A stretch of 64,000 nt of DNA from Octopus sinensis (GCF_006345805.1 NC_043010.1:33604001-33668000); one strand, 5' to 3'. Positions 25,821-40,600 are shown, numbered from the stretch's first letter. The notes: generated by a model from the sequence alone, not told the origin. A program made the numbers and translations.

Positions 25821-28616
25821 TTAATTAATATCTATTTCCATCTTCTGACTTATATGGAAATAAGTGTATTTTTCTAAAAAAAATTTACTCTCTTATTCAA
25901 CTACCTGTTTTTGCTTTAAAATTTTTTTCACATTCCTTTTTTCTTTTTCTTCTTTTTTTGCCAGTAGTGAGATGGTGGAAGTTAATAACTTACTAATTAT
26001 CCCCACTTCACTTTATTCCATACATTGTTAATTAATTTTCCTTTTACGATAATAATGAATAATAATAATGAGCTTATTGTATATAGTGCTGAGGTGCACT
26101 ATAACTCATCAGAAAAGGTTCAAAGAGTGTACAGAAAGCAGACATGTGAGTCAAGTAAATAAAGGCAGCAATGAAGGCTAGAAGTGGGTGCACAGTACAC
26201 AGAATAATAGCTATTTTCTCTCTGTTAAGCTATTTAAATCCTTTCTTTTGGATAAGCCATCATTCCGCCAGGTTTTACTTCAGCCAGAGAATTTTTCATG
26301 TAAGTCTCAAGTTTACTTAAGACTGTTTGTATTTTATTCTGTTTTTTTATATTTTATTTCATTTTATTAGTTCTGAGATTCCCTCTCCCCCCTGTTCTCT
26401 TGTTTAGGTCAGGGGCTTACTCTTTTGCTTTTACTTGTTTCAGTCATTTGACTGTGGCCATGCTGGAGCACCACCTTTAGTCGAGCAAATTGTTATTATC
26501 TCATAGTGTCTTTTACTATAGCCTCAGACCAACCAAAGCCTTGTGTGTGTGTGTGTGTGTATGTATATTTATGTGTGTGTTTGCTCCCCCAACATCGCTT
26601 GATAACCGATGTTTAGTCCTCTAAACTTAGTGGTTTGGCAAAAGAGACCAATAGAATAAGTACTATGCAGTTCTCCAGTATGGCCACAGTCAGATAACTG
26701 AAATGTGTACAAGAATAATATGTATACATATATATATGTGTGCGTGTGTGTGTGTGTATATATTTAATAAAAAGTCTATCAATATTTTGATGTCCACATT
26801 TCCTTATATTGGCTGTGTCCAACTCAAGGTTAGCCTGACAATACTCTATAAACAGAAATGGATTTATTCTCTGGTATTTCAGTGTCATAGAACACTAGTT
26901 GGTCTTTATATTTGGGAAACTGTAAATCTTTTACTGTTGTCAACCTTTACCTGTTTCCACGCCAGACATGTTTTTATGGAAGGTTGGAAGTGAACAACAC
27001 CGCTTGTATGGTGGTGATGCTCATTTACAAACACCATGATGTCAGAGCAAGAACACATGCAAACACACACCCATGTGGCACGTAAAAAGCACCCACTACA
27101 CCAAGAAACTCATAATTGGCATTAGGAAGGGCATCCAGCTGTAGAAACACTGCCAGATCAGACTGGAGCCTGGCGCAGCCTCCTGGCTTCCCAGACCCTG
27201 GTTGAACCGTCCAACCCATGCTAGCATGGAAAACAGAAGTTAAACGATGATGATATACTCAGACAGGCCTCTTTCAGTTTCCTCTACCAAGACGCTTTCC
27301 TAAGGTGTTGCGCAGTGGGACTAACCGCAAAACCATGGTTGGGAAACAAGATTGTTAACTACACAACCATAGTTACACCTATATTATAATTTCTTCTTTT
27401 CTTAAAGCTTTTGAGCAGTAAAGAAACAAGCCATTTTATAGCATTCAATATCTCCCATAAATGCTAAAAAAAAAATTTTTTTAATAAAAAAAACCAAAAG
27501 AACTCGTCTAACAACTGAAGTGACACGTTTCCTTTTCTATAAAGGTCTTTACTAAGCAAGTTTTAAACTGACTTGACATGTGTACCATGAAATACAGTTT
27601 CTGCAGCCAATCATTATCTTCCAGTCCAGGATATAGCTATTATCATGGCTACTAAGAGTTTGTAAGAATTGTTTTATGTTCATCTGTCACACTCCTTTCA
27701 CACTCTTGCAAACTTACTTATCAGCCCTCTCACTCTGCCCAATCCTCTGCACCATGTCTCTTACATTCACATCCCTGTGACTTGAGGGCGTACCCAGACA
27801 CATCTTCACCACCATCTTTCCCCCCGCGCGAGGGTAGCCATGTATCTCCTCTCCAGCAATATTACTCCCACACTCATTTGAGTAGGGTCTTGTATTATGA
27901 GTTTCTTGGTGACCTCACTGGTGTTAGTGCCACGTTAAAAGTACCCAGTACATTCTGTAAATTGGTTAGAATTAGGAAGGGCATGCAGCTGTATAAACCA
28001 TACCAGAATGAAAACAGACATTAAATGGTGATGAGGGTGATTCTGTGCGAGTTGTAAATCTCTTCAGAGAATCACCTTTAAAAGGTTATTAATTAGCAAT
28101 AAATATGAACGAGTATAGTAAACTTCTTCAAGTAATGCACAGAATTGTCAGTGGTTTAGAACCTCCTGTCAACTACCTTGTTTAAAATTTTGATCACAAG
28201 TTTCATAACTTTCATACATTCAGGAGGAAAACAATTTTTGATCAAATAAATTCATCTGTAAAATTACAGATTATTTCTTTATCTTTCTCATACTCAGTGC
28301 TCCAAAAATTACCTGAACTCTTTTCTGCTCTCATCCCCAGTTCTAGGATCATTCACTTGTACTCTTTACTAGCTTGATACTTTTCAGAAAAGCGATTGAG
28401 TCTTTATTCATAAATTGTTGTTCTACGTTGTTTTTCTTATTGTTGGCAAATGTTATACAACATTAAATACAATGATAAGCTGAGTCTTCAATGAAAGTAC
28501 ACATCTGTAACCAAGCTTTGTTGCAGGTCTTCATTTTAATATGCATTTTTCTTATCTGACATAATTAATCTATCAACTGCATTAAATTCATCACTGTAAA
28601 ATTAGGTTAAGCACTT

Positions 28617-29150
28617 TACTCCCTTTGGAGCATAGACCATCAACAAATTTTCCTCTACTATCCTCAACTCTGGTTTGTCTTCTTTGCATCTCTCCAGTTG
28701 GACCCCTCCTTGTTCATCTCTAACATAGTATTGTACCTCCAGCTGTCTCTTGGAGGCATCCTCTTTTTCCATTTCCCATATAGGATCCAGGTTAGGGCTC
28801 TGGAGGATAGACCACCAACTCTGGTCAGTCTTATCTTCATCTTTTTTTAGCTAGGCCTCAGCATCCTGCCTCCAACTATTTTTTGGGGCATCCTTACTTC
28901 TATCTCCCATGTAGGATGCAGGTTAGGGCTTAATGTGTAATGCAAGGTGTTGGTTCCTTTAAGGTGTGGCCTATCCATTTTTCGAGTTTTTGCCACACTG
29001 CCTCATGAGTTACTTGATGACTTCGTATGTTTCCTTGAGAGATTGAGTAATGGCCTTCCTCACCCAACTTTTGTTCATATTCAATTGTCATTAATGCTTC
29101 TGTCACTTTGCTTTTTTCTCTAGTACAGTTGTCAGTCCTGCACAAAGTCA
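28617..29150 (-). mobile_element. Decayed RTE LINE ORF C-terminus with internal ~131-bp duplication
   Basis: KWIGHTL... followed by two copies of an ALTWxxxGKxKRxxPRxSWR-like segment (ggttagggct at 28790 and 28921). Confidence 0.6.
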
Positions 29151-29580
29151 CTTTTACCTCTGGGTTGAGGTGGTCCATATTAGACTGGCCTCTCTATCCA
29201 TTGACTTGTCCACTATGGGAGACCCTACCAGCAGCTTGCACTTCACTGGCACAGCTCTCAGGGCCATAGAGGTACACCAGCCATTACACTGCAGCAAGGA
29301 CTGGACCTTGTGGTGGTGTCATTATAAAGTCTTTATGAAATATTATACATAATGGTTGCAACCAAGAAGAAAACAAGGAGTCAACTATAAGCCCTAGGCA
29401 GTAGCCAAACAATCAATGGACTACACTGAATCACTTTTAATAATTATCTAGGGCCAGCTTTCTTACTTCCCAGGCTGGAATAACATGCTCAGATTATAGT
29501 CAAACATGTATTTTTGGCTATAATGTTTTGTACACTATTTCCATTACTTGGACTGGTGTCCGCCTCTAGATTGATGCTTT

Positions 29581-29622
29581 CACTATGTTTCAGCTGTTGT
29601 ACAATCTGGCCTTCTTCAGGTG
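29581..29622 (-). ncRNA. Decayed Penelope-type minimal hammerhead
   Basis: CAC-CUGAAGA-A-GGC...GCU-GAAAC-AUA-GUG. C11.1 and the ACGU stem III appear hit by CpG-type transitions. Confidence 0.5.
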
Positions 29623-30997
29623 TCTTGTGGCTGAACTCAGTGCAGCACCTGCTGGTTCTGAGTTCAATCCCAGGCAAAGCACTAAGACAAGGACACCTGT
29701 CCGATCAATGTAAATAGTGTACATAATATAAATTCCTCATCTCAGAAATATAGAGTTATATGATGTTTTGTGTTACTATGGTTTTATTTTCATCCTCTTG
29801 TTGCATTTACCTTACAGGTGAATAAAGATTGAACATTCTTTTCATCCTTCTAGGAGACTTTTCATTTAGGTAATTAAAAAAATATTTCTCAAAGGTAACA
29901 CAGTCATTAAATAACATAATATACATATCAGGTATGGTTATGTATGCTGGGGAAGGTGTACATTGAGATGATGTGACCTCTCCACATAACTGCCAACATA
30001 GCATAAGCAATTTTTCATGAGTTTGTGCTCACAGACTGTGATATTTTAGTTTGTTTCCTGTATTTTATAATTAATAGCAATTATTGTTCCTAACAAACTT
30101 ATGCTTATCCAGCAGCACCCAAGCCTATGATGCCTGATCTCCCATCTATAATACAGCCACATAAGATGCAGGACAATTTTTTTGATTCAATTACAAGTAG
30201 AAAAAAAGCAAGTCTTATATGCTGACAAATATGGTATATTGTATGCAGTAAAATAGTACAGGTAAAATAGCAGAAGCAGTTTATAGTACCCAGTTTGAGA
30301 AGATGCAAACTCTGTTCTACAATGTATTCAGTAATGCTGCAGATATCCAGCAAACAATATACATGTTTGAATCTCAAGAGTGGAGTTTTGTGTATTGGTT
30401 CTGTCTACTTATAACAGGGGTGATCCAGGGTTTTTTGGTGGGTATTGCCCAAAGGTTTTTTAAAAAAATACTATATAAGGTAGGAATTCGTAACAAATGG
30501 ACATGTTTTTATGTATTCTTTGTTGGAGCAGGCCATATGCATATGAAACAGTAACTCTGTGAAACTGCTGGAAATAAAATAACAAAGTTGTTATATTTGC
30601 AACAGTGCAGTGAATATTGATTTACCTATGGAAAGTAGTGGCAAACTACACTTGTGTATCATAACTTAATAACATGGTCACTTTATAATCCAAGTTAATG
30701 AAAACAACAAAACATCATTGAAGCTCAAACTTGTAGGTCTGACAACTCCTATTCTAATAAGAGTAGAATCCCTTTTCCTTGACTATTACCCGAAAACCCT
30801 TGTCCTGAGTTTTTTGGTGACAGCTTGGCTAGAAAGGGTGTTGCCTGGTTAGCTAACACAACACCCCTGAATCCGCCACTGTATAAAGTGTTATGTCATT
30901 CACTCATTCATATTGTAAAGTTTCATTAAACAAGACATTCATGAACCCATCCAAAGTTCTGCTCTTTGTCCAATGATATTGTCTTTTGTAATACTAG

Positions 30998-31177
<180 letters not shown>

Positions 31178-31204
31178 TAACATTGGCTTCTCTCTCTCTC
31201 TCTT

Positions 31205-31252
<48 letters not shown>

Positions 31253-32433
31253 ACACATTACCACTTCAGTTATTGTTGTTGTTCACTGGGCAACATGCTT
31301 GGCAGTGTTTTGTCTGTCAAGTACAAGTTGAACATTGGGGGTCAAGGTAATCAACTTACTCCTTCCCTGAAATTACTGGCATTGTGTCAAATCTGAAACC
31401 ATCATTATTGCTGTTGTTATCATCATTTGATCCAGTGTTTGTATTCATTATTTGCTATGCCGTTTTAATGAAGACATAGACCAAGTTAAGCTCTGTGAGG
31501 AGAAAGTAGACAAGGGGAAAATATTTAAATCTATTGCATTTAACAATTAATATACAATAATTTGTATTGTAGACTTCATGCATCATCTGGCTGAACATCT
31601 GTTCTTTGGATGCCTTCAGCAGCTGTCATTCTGTTGCAAGTATTCAAGGTGGGTCTCTGGTTTGAAGAGAACTCCCTTTCTTCCTCTCACAAACCTCAGA
31701 GACCCTAAAAAATTACAAGTCATGAGTGTTGCCCTCCCTTCCTTGATTAGTAATAAAGAAATATGTATACTCTTCTTATGAATATTGGTTTCAAATTTTG
31801 GCACAAGGCCAGCAATTTTGGGGATGGTGTAATTCAATCACATCAACCCCAGTGCTCAACTGGTACTTATTTTACCAACCCTGAAAGGATAGAATGCAAA
31901 GTTGACCTCAGCAGAATTTGAACTCAGAATGTTTCGACTGATGAAATGCTACTTAGTATTTTGCTCAGCATGATAATGATTCTATGAAGGGCCTTTTGTC
32001 CCTCTAAGGGTTAATATAACAAAGTACAACTCAAGTACTGGGACCAATGGTACTTACTGCCTAAAACTCTCTGAAAATTGTTGGCCTTGTGCATAAATAC
32101 AAAACTGTTGTTGTTGCTATTATCTGTGTCTAATATCAGTTTAAGAGTAAATTGCTAAAGGTCCATGACTTTCATGTGAGTTCCATGTAGTTAATGTTCA
32201 GTTTCAACATTTGTATATCAGTGATTCTTTGATGTCAATTAAGTGCAGAAGAAGGGCTGAGTAAAAAAAAAAAGAGAAATGTTTAGTGTGGTATGAGAGA
32301 GGTGATGTACTGTGATGAGTGAAAAAGAGGGGAAATTGGTATGTTGTATAGTCCAGAGAGAACCATAGGCTATTATTATAGTGGTAGAAGAGACAAAGAG
32401 AGGGTAAAATTTCTACATATATATATATATATA

Positions 32434-32734
32434 TCACCGTACCGATCAGGCTATCAGATGTTGCTACGCATCGCTGGTCACAATGCACTTCGCATTGTTT
32501 TAGCCTTCAAATGACGCCTGCCTGATGGCTAAGCGAGCAGGCTAACAGAAGAAAAAGTGAGAGAAAGTTGTGGTGAAAGAGTACAGCAGGGATCGCCACC
32601 ACTCCTGCTGGAGCCTTGCAGAGCTTTAGGTGTTTTCGCTCAATAAACAACCACAACACCCAGTCTGGGTATCAAAACCGCAATCCTACAACCGCGAGTC
32701 CGTTGCCCTAACCACTGGGCCATTGTGCCTCCAC
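32434..32734 (-). mobile_element. tRNA-Arg-like SINE, family E2
   Basis: Head and middle align to 14274-14455 up to ctttctctcact, then a different 3' tail. Confidence 0.75.
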
Positions 32735-32774
32735 ATATACATATACACACACACACAAACATACATACATGCAT

Positions 32775-33638
32775 ACAAAGCACGGTGAATATATTATCAT
32801 CTAAATTAAGCAAAAATGAAAATAACACTGACATCTCATTTTAACAGATATATTTATCTAAATTACATAAAAATATCTTGAAATACTAAAGAGTAAATTT
32901 ATTCAATAAAATCGTCATTGGCTTCAACCAATTCCTTCGTATGATTTCAGAATCTCCTGCAACTCTTCAGGATGGTCTCCTTGTTTAAGTTGGTGAATGC
33001 TGCCATAACGTAATCCTTGCCTTCAGTTCATCTTTGGTGTTACAAGGAGTTTTATTGGTCTCTCACTCAACTGTGGCCCACACCTAATAATCATGAGGGT
33101 CTGGGAAGTTATGTGGCTAGACATTAGGGGTGATGTAGTCACGAAAATTGTCTGACACCCATGACTGGGTTCTCCTGCTTGTGTGGAATGGTGCAGAGTC
33201 TTGTTGGCAGACATAGGGTCTTCCAGTAGCCACCCTCAGCACTACCTCCTCCAGGTATTTGATGTAGACCTCCAAGATGAGTCTGAGTCCATGTGGGAAG
33301 ATGAATGGAGACATAACATTGCCATCACTAGTGTTCACTCCAAACACTGTGATGTTGACTAGATGTTTGATTTTTATCACTCTCTGTACACTGTCCTCAT
33401 ATTGACACCCAAAGACTCTGAAATGTTTGTATTGGAACTTCCAGCACAAATGCCAAGCAGTACAGCATGTAATTTCCAAATTTCTGGTAGAGTGAATTGC
33501 GACATGGTGCTGTTTTTCTTGCAGATGGTGCCCAACTGACCCTACTATACTGTGTAGTTGACAAAATCAAAAACAAACAATTGGTGTGCACAAAATTAAA
33601 AATGTAAAATGGAGACAATTTACCCATCACACCCTGCG
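32775..33638 (-). mobile_element. Decayed Tc1/mariner (maT, DD37D-like) element
   Basis: VFGVNTSDGNVMSPFIFPHGLRL...QQDSAPFHTSRRTQSW, then NKTPCNTKDELKARI and FTNLNKET with stops/frameshifts. One TIR-like end (acccatcacaccctg...ta) near 33638; the other is eroded. Confidence 0.8.
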
Positions 33639-34132
33639 TATGTATGATGGACTTTCCTATTGTAATTTGCAGATGAAGGTTCCACAACTTCTTACTGAAA
33701 AAACTTGCACAGATGATTTGTTTATTGTGATCAAATCTGTGTGGTGTACATAAGCTCATCTGTCCATCAAATTGACATTGCTTGTTCAGATGCATGGTGT
33801 GCCACACCTCAGATGTCAAAGTGGTCACAGCACAATATGAGATTAAGTGTTTTGCTCAAGAACACAATATACTACCTGGTCTGGGAATCAAACACACAAT
33901 CACATGATCACAAGTGCAACACCCTAACCACTAAGCTACATACCCTCTTATTTATATATATGTGTGTGTGATAAAGAAGTTAGGCAAGTTGACATACAAA
34001 TCAACTTGCCTAACTTGCTTATCCATACATTTACTCCTCTACCTGCACAAGTTTAAATCTCTTGAGCACTACAAAGTGCATTCCACATGGAGAATATCTG
34101 TCTCTCATCTATAAACTATATATATATATCTA

Positions 34133-34486
34133 CTAGCAGTATCGCTCGGCGTTGCTCGGGTTTGTTTCGACCCTTTAGAATTGGAATTTTTGGAAAGTAA
34201 AAATTTTGCATTATGTAACTTGTTATTCTCTTTAAGTGAACATTTTTCTGGTTGAAATACACTGAAAAGTGGCGACACAGCAGTAAAAAAATCGTAAAAA
34301 ATAGAGATTTTCATAGACAAAAAGCATCTTTTTGATGTAAATAATTTTTGGTCTTAACATGGTCCGATTTGAATTTTATCTTCTACGGAATGAAGAGTAA
34401 GCCTTCTTCTATCATACTCTCAAAGGTACAAAAAAAAATAACTCTCCCCAGACACAACGGTATATATATACATATATATATATAGA
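34133..34486 (-). mobile_element. Non-autonomous Helitron-like element (354 bp)
   Basis: Same ~30-nt 3' hairpin+CTAG terminus as 5147-5544, A|TC 5' end, unrelated interior. Confidence 0.7.
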
Positions 34487-35003
34487 TAATGTACTCTCTT
34501 GTCATAAACAACAGATGAGGGTTCTGAAGTTTCATGTCAAATGTCAAAGTGATTGCAGAGGGTTGTGAGATGAAATATTTTGCTCAGGAACACAATGCAC
34601 TACCTAATGTAGAATGAAAACCATGCTCCTGCGATTTAGAATGCAATGCCCTAACCACGAGACTTCACACCTTCACTATATATATATATATATATATAAC
34701 TGGAAAAATATATTTGCTAATGGTTCTTCAGCAACAACTCACCTTGATAAACTCAGTGGCTACTACTAACTCCAGGCCACAACAGAGAATGCTCTCTGAT
34801 TGTTAGTTTAACACTTAATCTCAGTCCCCTTCCTAGGTCAAGTACAGTGAGAGAGTTACCTCCATTGCACATGTACTTGCATTTTTCTCCATTTCATTGT
34901 ACACATTTTATTTATTTACATTTGCAGAGCCCTTAGATGTGTACCTTTAACATGTTTTTTTTCTTTCTTTCTTTTCTTTCTTTTTTTGTTGTTGTTGTTC
35001 CAG

Positions 35004-35033
35004 ACTTGACAGGACTATCATTACAACATACAG
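35004..35033 (+). CDS. SMAD4: Smad4 30-nt micro-exon (DLTGLSLQHT)
   Basis: Long polypyrimidine tract (34955-35000), ttccag|AC acceptor, CAG|GTAAGT donor; phase 1 to 1. Homologous to vertebrate DLSGLTLQSN, recalled as also a 30-nt exon. Confidence 0.92.
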
Positions 35034-35711
35034 GTAAGTGAAATATTTGTGCTTGTTTCTCTGCTCATCAATGTTTCATTGTATGTATGTGTGCGTCTGT
35101 GTACATGTGTATGTGTGTGCACATCCATACATACAGACACACACGTATATGTATATGTTTGTGTCGGACTTTGTGTATGTTCATATAATTGAGCTTAAAT
35201 ACATACAAATAATTATTACATGCAAACTAAATACAATATCAAAATATTGAATATGAATTAACTGTAAAAATTTTAAAATATAAATTTCAAACATAATATA
35301 AATTATTCAATACATTTACAAGTACTCAAGTGAGATAGAAGAAAGACAAAAGGCCAGATCTTTACATGGGCCTTAACCCTTTAGCATTTAAACTGACCAT
35401 ATCTGACCCAAATATATTACCTGTTTTATGCTCAAACTGGCCAGATTTGGCCTCGTATATCTGCTCTACAATGTCATATCAAAAATATACAATCGCATCA
35501 TCAACATTTCAAAGCTATGAGATAATGCTTGATTAAGTCATAACAATGTGAATAAATAAGCATTACGTTTGACAAAGCAATTTGAATATAAAGGGTTAAA
35601 CCTCTTAACTGTTGCACTTCAGGCAACTGTATTATCTATTATGTGAAAGGGCATCTATCATCTCACATTAAATTTAAGCTATATAAATGTTTTATTGATA
35701 TAAACAAACAG

Positions 35712-36036
35712 TAAAGGTAAAGGCCCCCTTCGGTCATGAATGACCATGGGATTGCACCTAGAATGTTACTCTCTGAGGCACATGTCCAGGCAAGATTTTT
35801 ATGGAAGAATGGCAGTTACCTATGCATACCAGCCTCTCCTCTCCATGCCATCGACTTTGTCCAAGAGAAAGGCAAAAGCCAATGTAGTTTGGCACCAGTG
35901 GCGTTGCAACTCATTTCTACAGCTGAGTGAACTGGAACAACATGTCTTGCTCAAGACACAGCCCAATCCAGGAATTGAACTCATTACCTCATGATTGTGA
36001 GCCCAATGCTCTAACCACTGAGCCATGTGCCTTCAC
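35712..36036 (-). mobile_element. tRNA-derived SINE, family D
   Basis: Head GTGAAGGCACATGGCTCAGTGGTTAGAGC, B box GAGTTCAATTCC, core tcttgagcaagaca...ttccagttcactcagctgtagaaatg, (TTTACC) tail. Second copy 10311-10631; the same head with other tails at about 33730-33945, 34490-34675, 40190-40480, 44900-45060, 53790-54010. Confidence 0.8.
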
Positions 36037-36145
36037 AAACAGTACTACCTTATCATATTGCAAATGAGGATCTCATGTGGCCTTCGTAATGTGACCAATC
36101 AGAACGTGATAGATAGAAGGATTATGTCCAGTGATAGACACACTC

Positions 36146-36187
<42 letters not shown>

Positions 36188-36205
36188 TCTCTTTCTCTCT
36201 CTCCA

Positions 36206-36247
<42 letters not shown>

Positions 36248-37244
36248 GGATAAGTAGTTGTAAATATGTTGTATGGTTGATACACAAAACACTATCTATT
36301 TATGTATGTGTCATAATGTAAACTGAATTATTGTAGTTTAGTTGACTAATTAATTGATTGTAAATATGAGCAGATAGAGAAGTAATGAATGAAACTTTAG
36401 TTACAGATAATATATGTAGCATCTGACCATGTTGACTTTCATATATAGCAGATACAGATGTCAGGCACTATACATTCATGACACTTATGTCGCTGGGCTA
36501 CAAATATATATATGAAAAATCAAGCATGGAAATAAAGGAAAAGGAGAAATGAGCATAGTAATCTTCTCATTAGCTATGCAGACCAGACTTAAGCATAGTT
36601 TTGACACATCTAAAGTCTAAAGACTTGAAATTCCGTGTGTATGTGTGTCTCTATCTCTATGTGTAACTTTTAGGTTAGATGATTGAGACAAGTGGCTATG
36701 TGATGATTGTAAACTTTCACAACCCATACCAGCATAAAAAAAAATCCTAAAATGAGAATAACAAATATGAACATGAGTAGTGTTGCAAAATTTGAACAAT
36801 TAAGAAGTCCACTTTGCAACAATGAGGCCCCAGGTTCAGTCTTACTGCATAGAACCTTGGCCAATTGTCTTCTACTATCACCTCAGGTCGACCCAAGCCT
36901 TTTCTTGTGAAATTGAGCTAACACAAATTGTGGAAACCCTCCAAGCGAGACTACTTGTAATTCAAGAGATCAGCCTTTTCATTCTATATCAGAGAGTTAC
37001 ATTAAGAAAGCAAGTGACTGTGGAATAATTTGTGTGTGTGTGTGTATAAGTACAAGCATGGTTATATGATATATACAGATAAACGTGCACACACATATAC
37101 ATACCACAGTAGAAGTGTGCTGGGCCCATAACCCAGAAGTCTAAAGATTGAAATTATTGTCCAACCCATGCAAATGTTGAAAATGGTTGTTAAATGATGA
37201 CAGTGATATATATATATATATATATATAAGTACAAGAATGGTTG

Positions 37245-37695
37245 TGTGGTTTGCAAGTTTGTTTGGAACCAATGGGTTTAGGATTTGTTTCCACTGCAAG
37301 GACACTTGGCTGGTGTTTTCTATAGCTGCAACTTGACCAATATCTTGCACGGGGAATTTAGTAAACTGTAACTAAAACCCATCGTATGTGCATGAGTGAA
37401 TGAGTTTGCATTAGTGTATTCTTTGTTGTCCTGATATGAGTGTGTTAATTGTAAACAAATGTCACTGTTGTATCAACAACGTCATTTATTTGCAATCCTG
37501 TGCAAAAACATTTCTGGCCATTAAGCTGTTCATTGTCAAGATATTTGAGGGGAAATATTACCATATGCTGCAAACAGGTGAGGAATGACAACAGGAGGAA
37601 CATCCAGCTGTAGAACAGTCTTGTCCAAATTAAGTTTTGTCCAGTTCATGTAAGCATGGAAAAGTGGACATTAGAACCATGAGGATGGTGACTGT
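37245..37695 (+). mobile_element. Decayed SINE with family-A-like head and RTE-like tail
   Basis: Head resembles family A; the 3' end (catccagctgtagaa...gcatggaaaagtggacatt...gatg) matches the RTE tail at 8060-8197. Confidence 0.55.
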
Positions 37696-40600
37696 TGTAA
37701 TGATGATATATTTGTGTGTACTGTAGTTGCCTCAAGATTACTTAACTCTTTAGTGTTTAAACTGGCTGTATTTAGCCCAAATATTTTATCCGTTTTATGC
37801 TCAAACTGGCTAGAACCAGCATCTCACAACTACCCTGCTGTGTCATTCTCGAAATAAATAATTACATCTTTCAAATCTTGAAGCTACAAGATAATACCAG
37901 ATTAATTTTTTTAAATGTTAATAAATAAGGATCACTTTTGACTAAGTAACCTGAACATTAAAGGGTTAAGGACTCATGTCTATAGAATGCCCAGTTATTA
38001 AACACAATGAGTACATAGAGGTATTGATCTACATACCCAGGTAGCTGGAATATTTGTTCGTTAAAAATATGTGTGACCAACTATGCCAACAACATATGTA
38101 CTGCAAGTTAAAGAGTGTATAAGTAATCTTAATCCCAGCTAACAAGGATTTAGGTTTTTCTTAACATGTGGTGGCTGCTGGGGGGATGGGGGGGGATTAG
38201 CAAAAAGTGAAGACTATTTCTGAAATGGACAAATAAATTTTTCTGTCCTGTTGGAGTCAGTGAAGCTTTATCTCTTTAGCATTTAAATCAACCCATGCAT
38301 TCCACCTGTTTCATGTTCAGTCTAGACAAGATCTGACCTCTCACACCTACCCTACAGTATCTTTCCAAAATAAACAATCACATCATTGAAATCTTGGAGT
38401 TACAAAAATTTGACAGAATAATCTGAATGCTAAAAGGTTAATGACACAGTATCTTAACAAAAATCATCATTAACATTTAACATCCGTTTTACCATGCTGG
38501 CATGGGTTGGACAGCTTGACAGGAACTGGCAAGGCCAGGGCCCACACCAGGTGCCATAGTCTGTCTTGGCTTGGATTCTATGACTGGGTACCCTTCTTAA
38601 TGCTAACCACTCCACAAAGTGTACTGTGTGCTTTTTACATGGCACTATAAAAAATATACTAACAAAAGGGTTAAGATCCATTTCTGTAAGTTGATATGGA
38701 TCAGACAGGTTTGTTAATTCCTATACCACCATTCATTTCAGTTGTTTCTCATCTAATCTATGTCCCTATGCTCCTACACTAATCATCCTGAGATTTATCT
38801 TACCATTTTGTGTGTCTTTTTTGGGTCTTTCCCTTCCACTGTCAGCACAGGACATTTTTTTTTCACCAATTGCTGATCATCCATCCGCATCACATATCCT
38901 ACCAGCAGAGCTACTATGTCTTATATAAATTACCTGGTGTCTTAATGCCAAGCTATTCTCTCAGTCCACTCGCATGTAGGTTAACTGTATACATCATAAT
39001 AAAGAAACTAAGGTTTGCAACAGTTCCATGATGTGGTAGGCTAGTGGCCTATGAAAGGTAGATTGCTCATGTTCTATCTCTGGCACTGCGTGATCCAAGA
39101 TGCTTTACCACCAACTGTCTCACTGCCTCAGTGTATTACTGTCAGCAGTGGGAGCATTATAATTGACAAGTGTTCTTTTGTTAGTTTACTGTGCTGTTGA
39201 GTTCAAGTCACCTAAAAGTCCTGAGAGAACGAAGCGTGGTAAGACGGGTAATTCCAGCATAACCTACCTTGTATTATCACTGTCATCACCATCATTATCA
39301 TCATCATCATCATCATTATCAACATCACCATCACTACATGATGACTAAGTTTACACTGGTGTTCCAACTCACCAAGTGAATTACAGGACTATCTAAATGT
39401 GAAAACAAAAAGGTATTTGTCTATTCCTGATATTGCTTAAAATAAAATCCTCAATTCCTGCAATCTATTTTTAGGCGTTTGATTGCAGGGTAAGGTGACC
39501 CCTCTTTCTAGCCCTCCTTCCCGAAAGACACTTATCCATCTGCTGAAACATTTTAATATTACATCACCCTTATCATGTTTGTTGTTGTTGTTTTTGTTAT
39601 TGTTGTTGTTTTTATTGTGCCTCTTCCTCCCTTCAATGCATGCTGTGAATAAATGTTTAATAGTAAATTGTAATTTTTGCTTTTGAACCTATGCAGTGCT
39701 CCAGCATGGCCATAACCGTGAATAGCTTACACAGCAGACGAACGAACCAAAGAACTCAAACTCAGGTCATTAAACCCAACTGCCAACTGGCAGCCTCTTG
39801 GCAGAATTGTTAAGAGTTGGCTAGAATACCTCTTAGATTTTGTTCCGACTCTCATTGCTCCAAGTTCCAATCTTACTGAGACCAAATTTGCCTTTCATTC
39901 TTGGGAGGGTAGGTGTGAATAAAAAGGAACATAGCAATCCAGGACGGTGGATTGGTGGGGTTGTTACAAGGCCACAGGGGCGGGCATGACTTGCCATTGC
40001 ATTCTGACAGCAATGCACACGATGACACTGGTGCCAAGCTGGATCATCCCAAATTGGCAGCCTTTCCCTTGGATAGATCAGCTTCAAGAGTTTTGGTAGG
40101 GATTTGCATGTGTGAACAATTGCTAGCCTTCCTCCAAATTACCCTTGCCCAGATCTGTGCATGCTTGTGCAGATGCGCAGTCGACTTTGACTAACAGAGG
40201 TCTTATAACTATAAGTTATCAACCTTCAAAGTGATTGAACAGCCAGTCCCAACCAGTATGAGTTATACAATTCACCCTTTCAATTGCTGAATACTAAACA
40301 TGGCATTCACCCTTGAATAACCAATCCATTATGAAGTGACCCATTTGCAGCTGAGTGGACTGGAGCAACATGAAATGAAGTGTTTTTGCTCAAGAACACA
40401 ATATATAACTGGTTTGAGAATTGAAACCGCAATCTCGCAATCATGAGCGCAACACTCTAAACGCTAGGCCACGTTCCTTTACAAGTTGTGTTCACTAAGA
40501 AACTGGCTGGAAAGTCTTACTCTCTCTCCCTCCCTCCCTCTCTCTCCTCCTCCACTTCTCTCTAACAATCTTTAAAACTTGCAACAGCCTCCACACTTGA

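Noticed and set aside
30112-30260. Possible poison exon in intron 1 (CTAAC, ttatccagcag acceptor, CAG|GTAAAA donor)
   Set aside because: Such site pairs arise by chance in 8-kb introns, and there is no further support from sequence alone.
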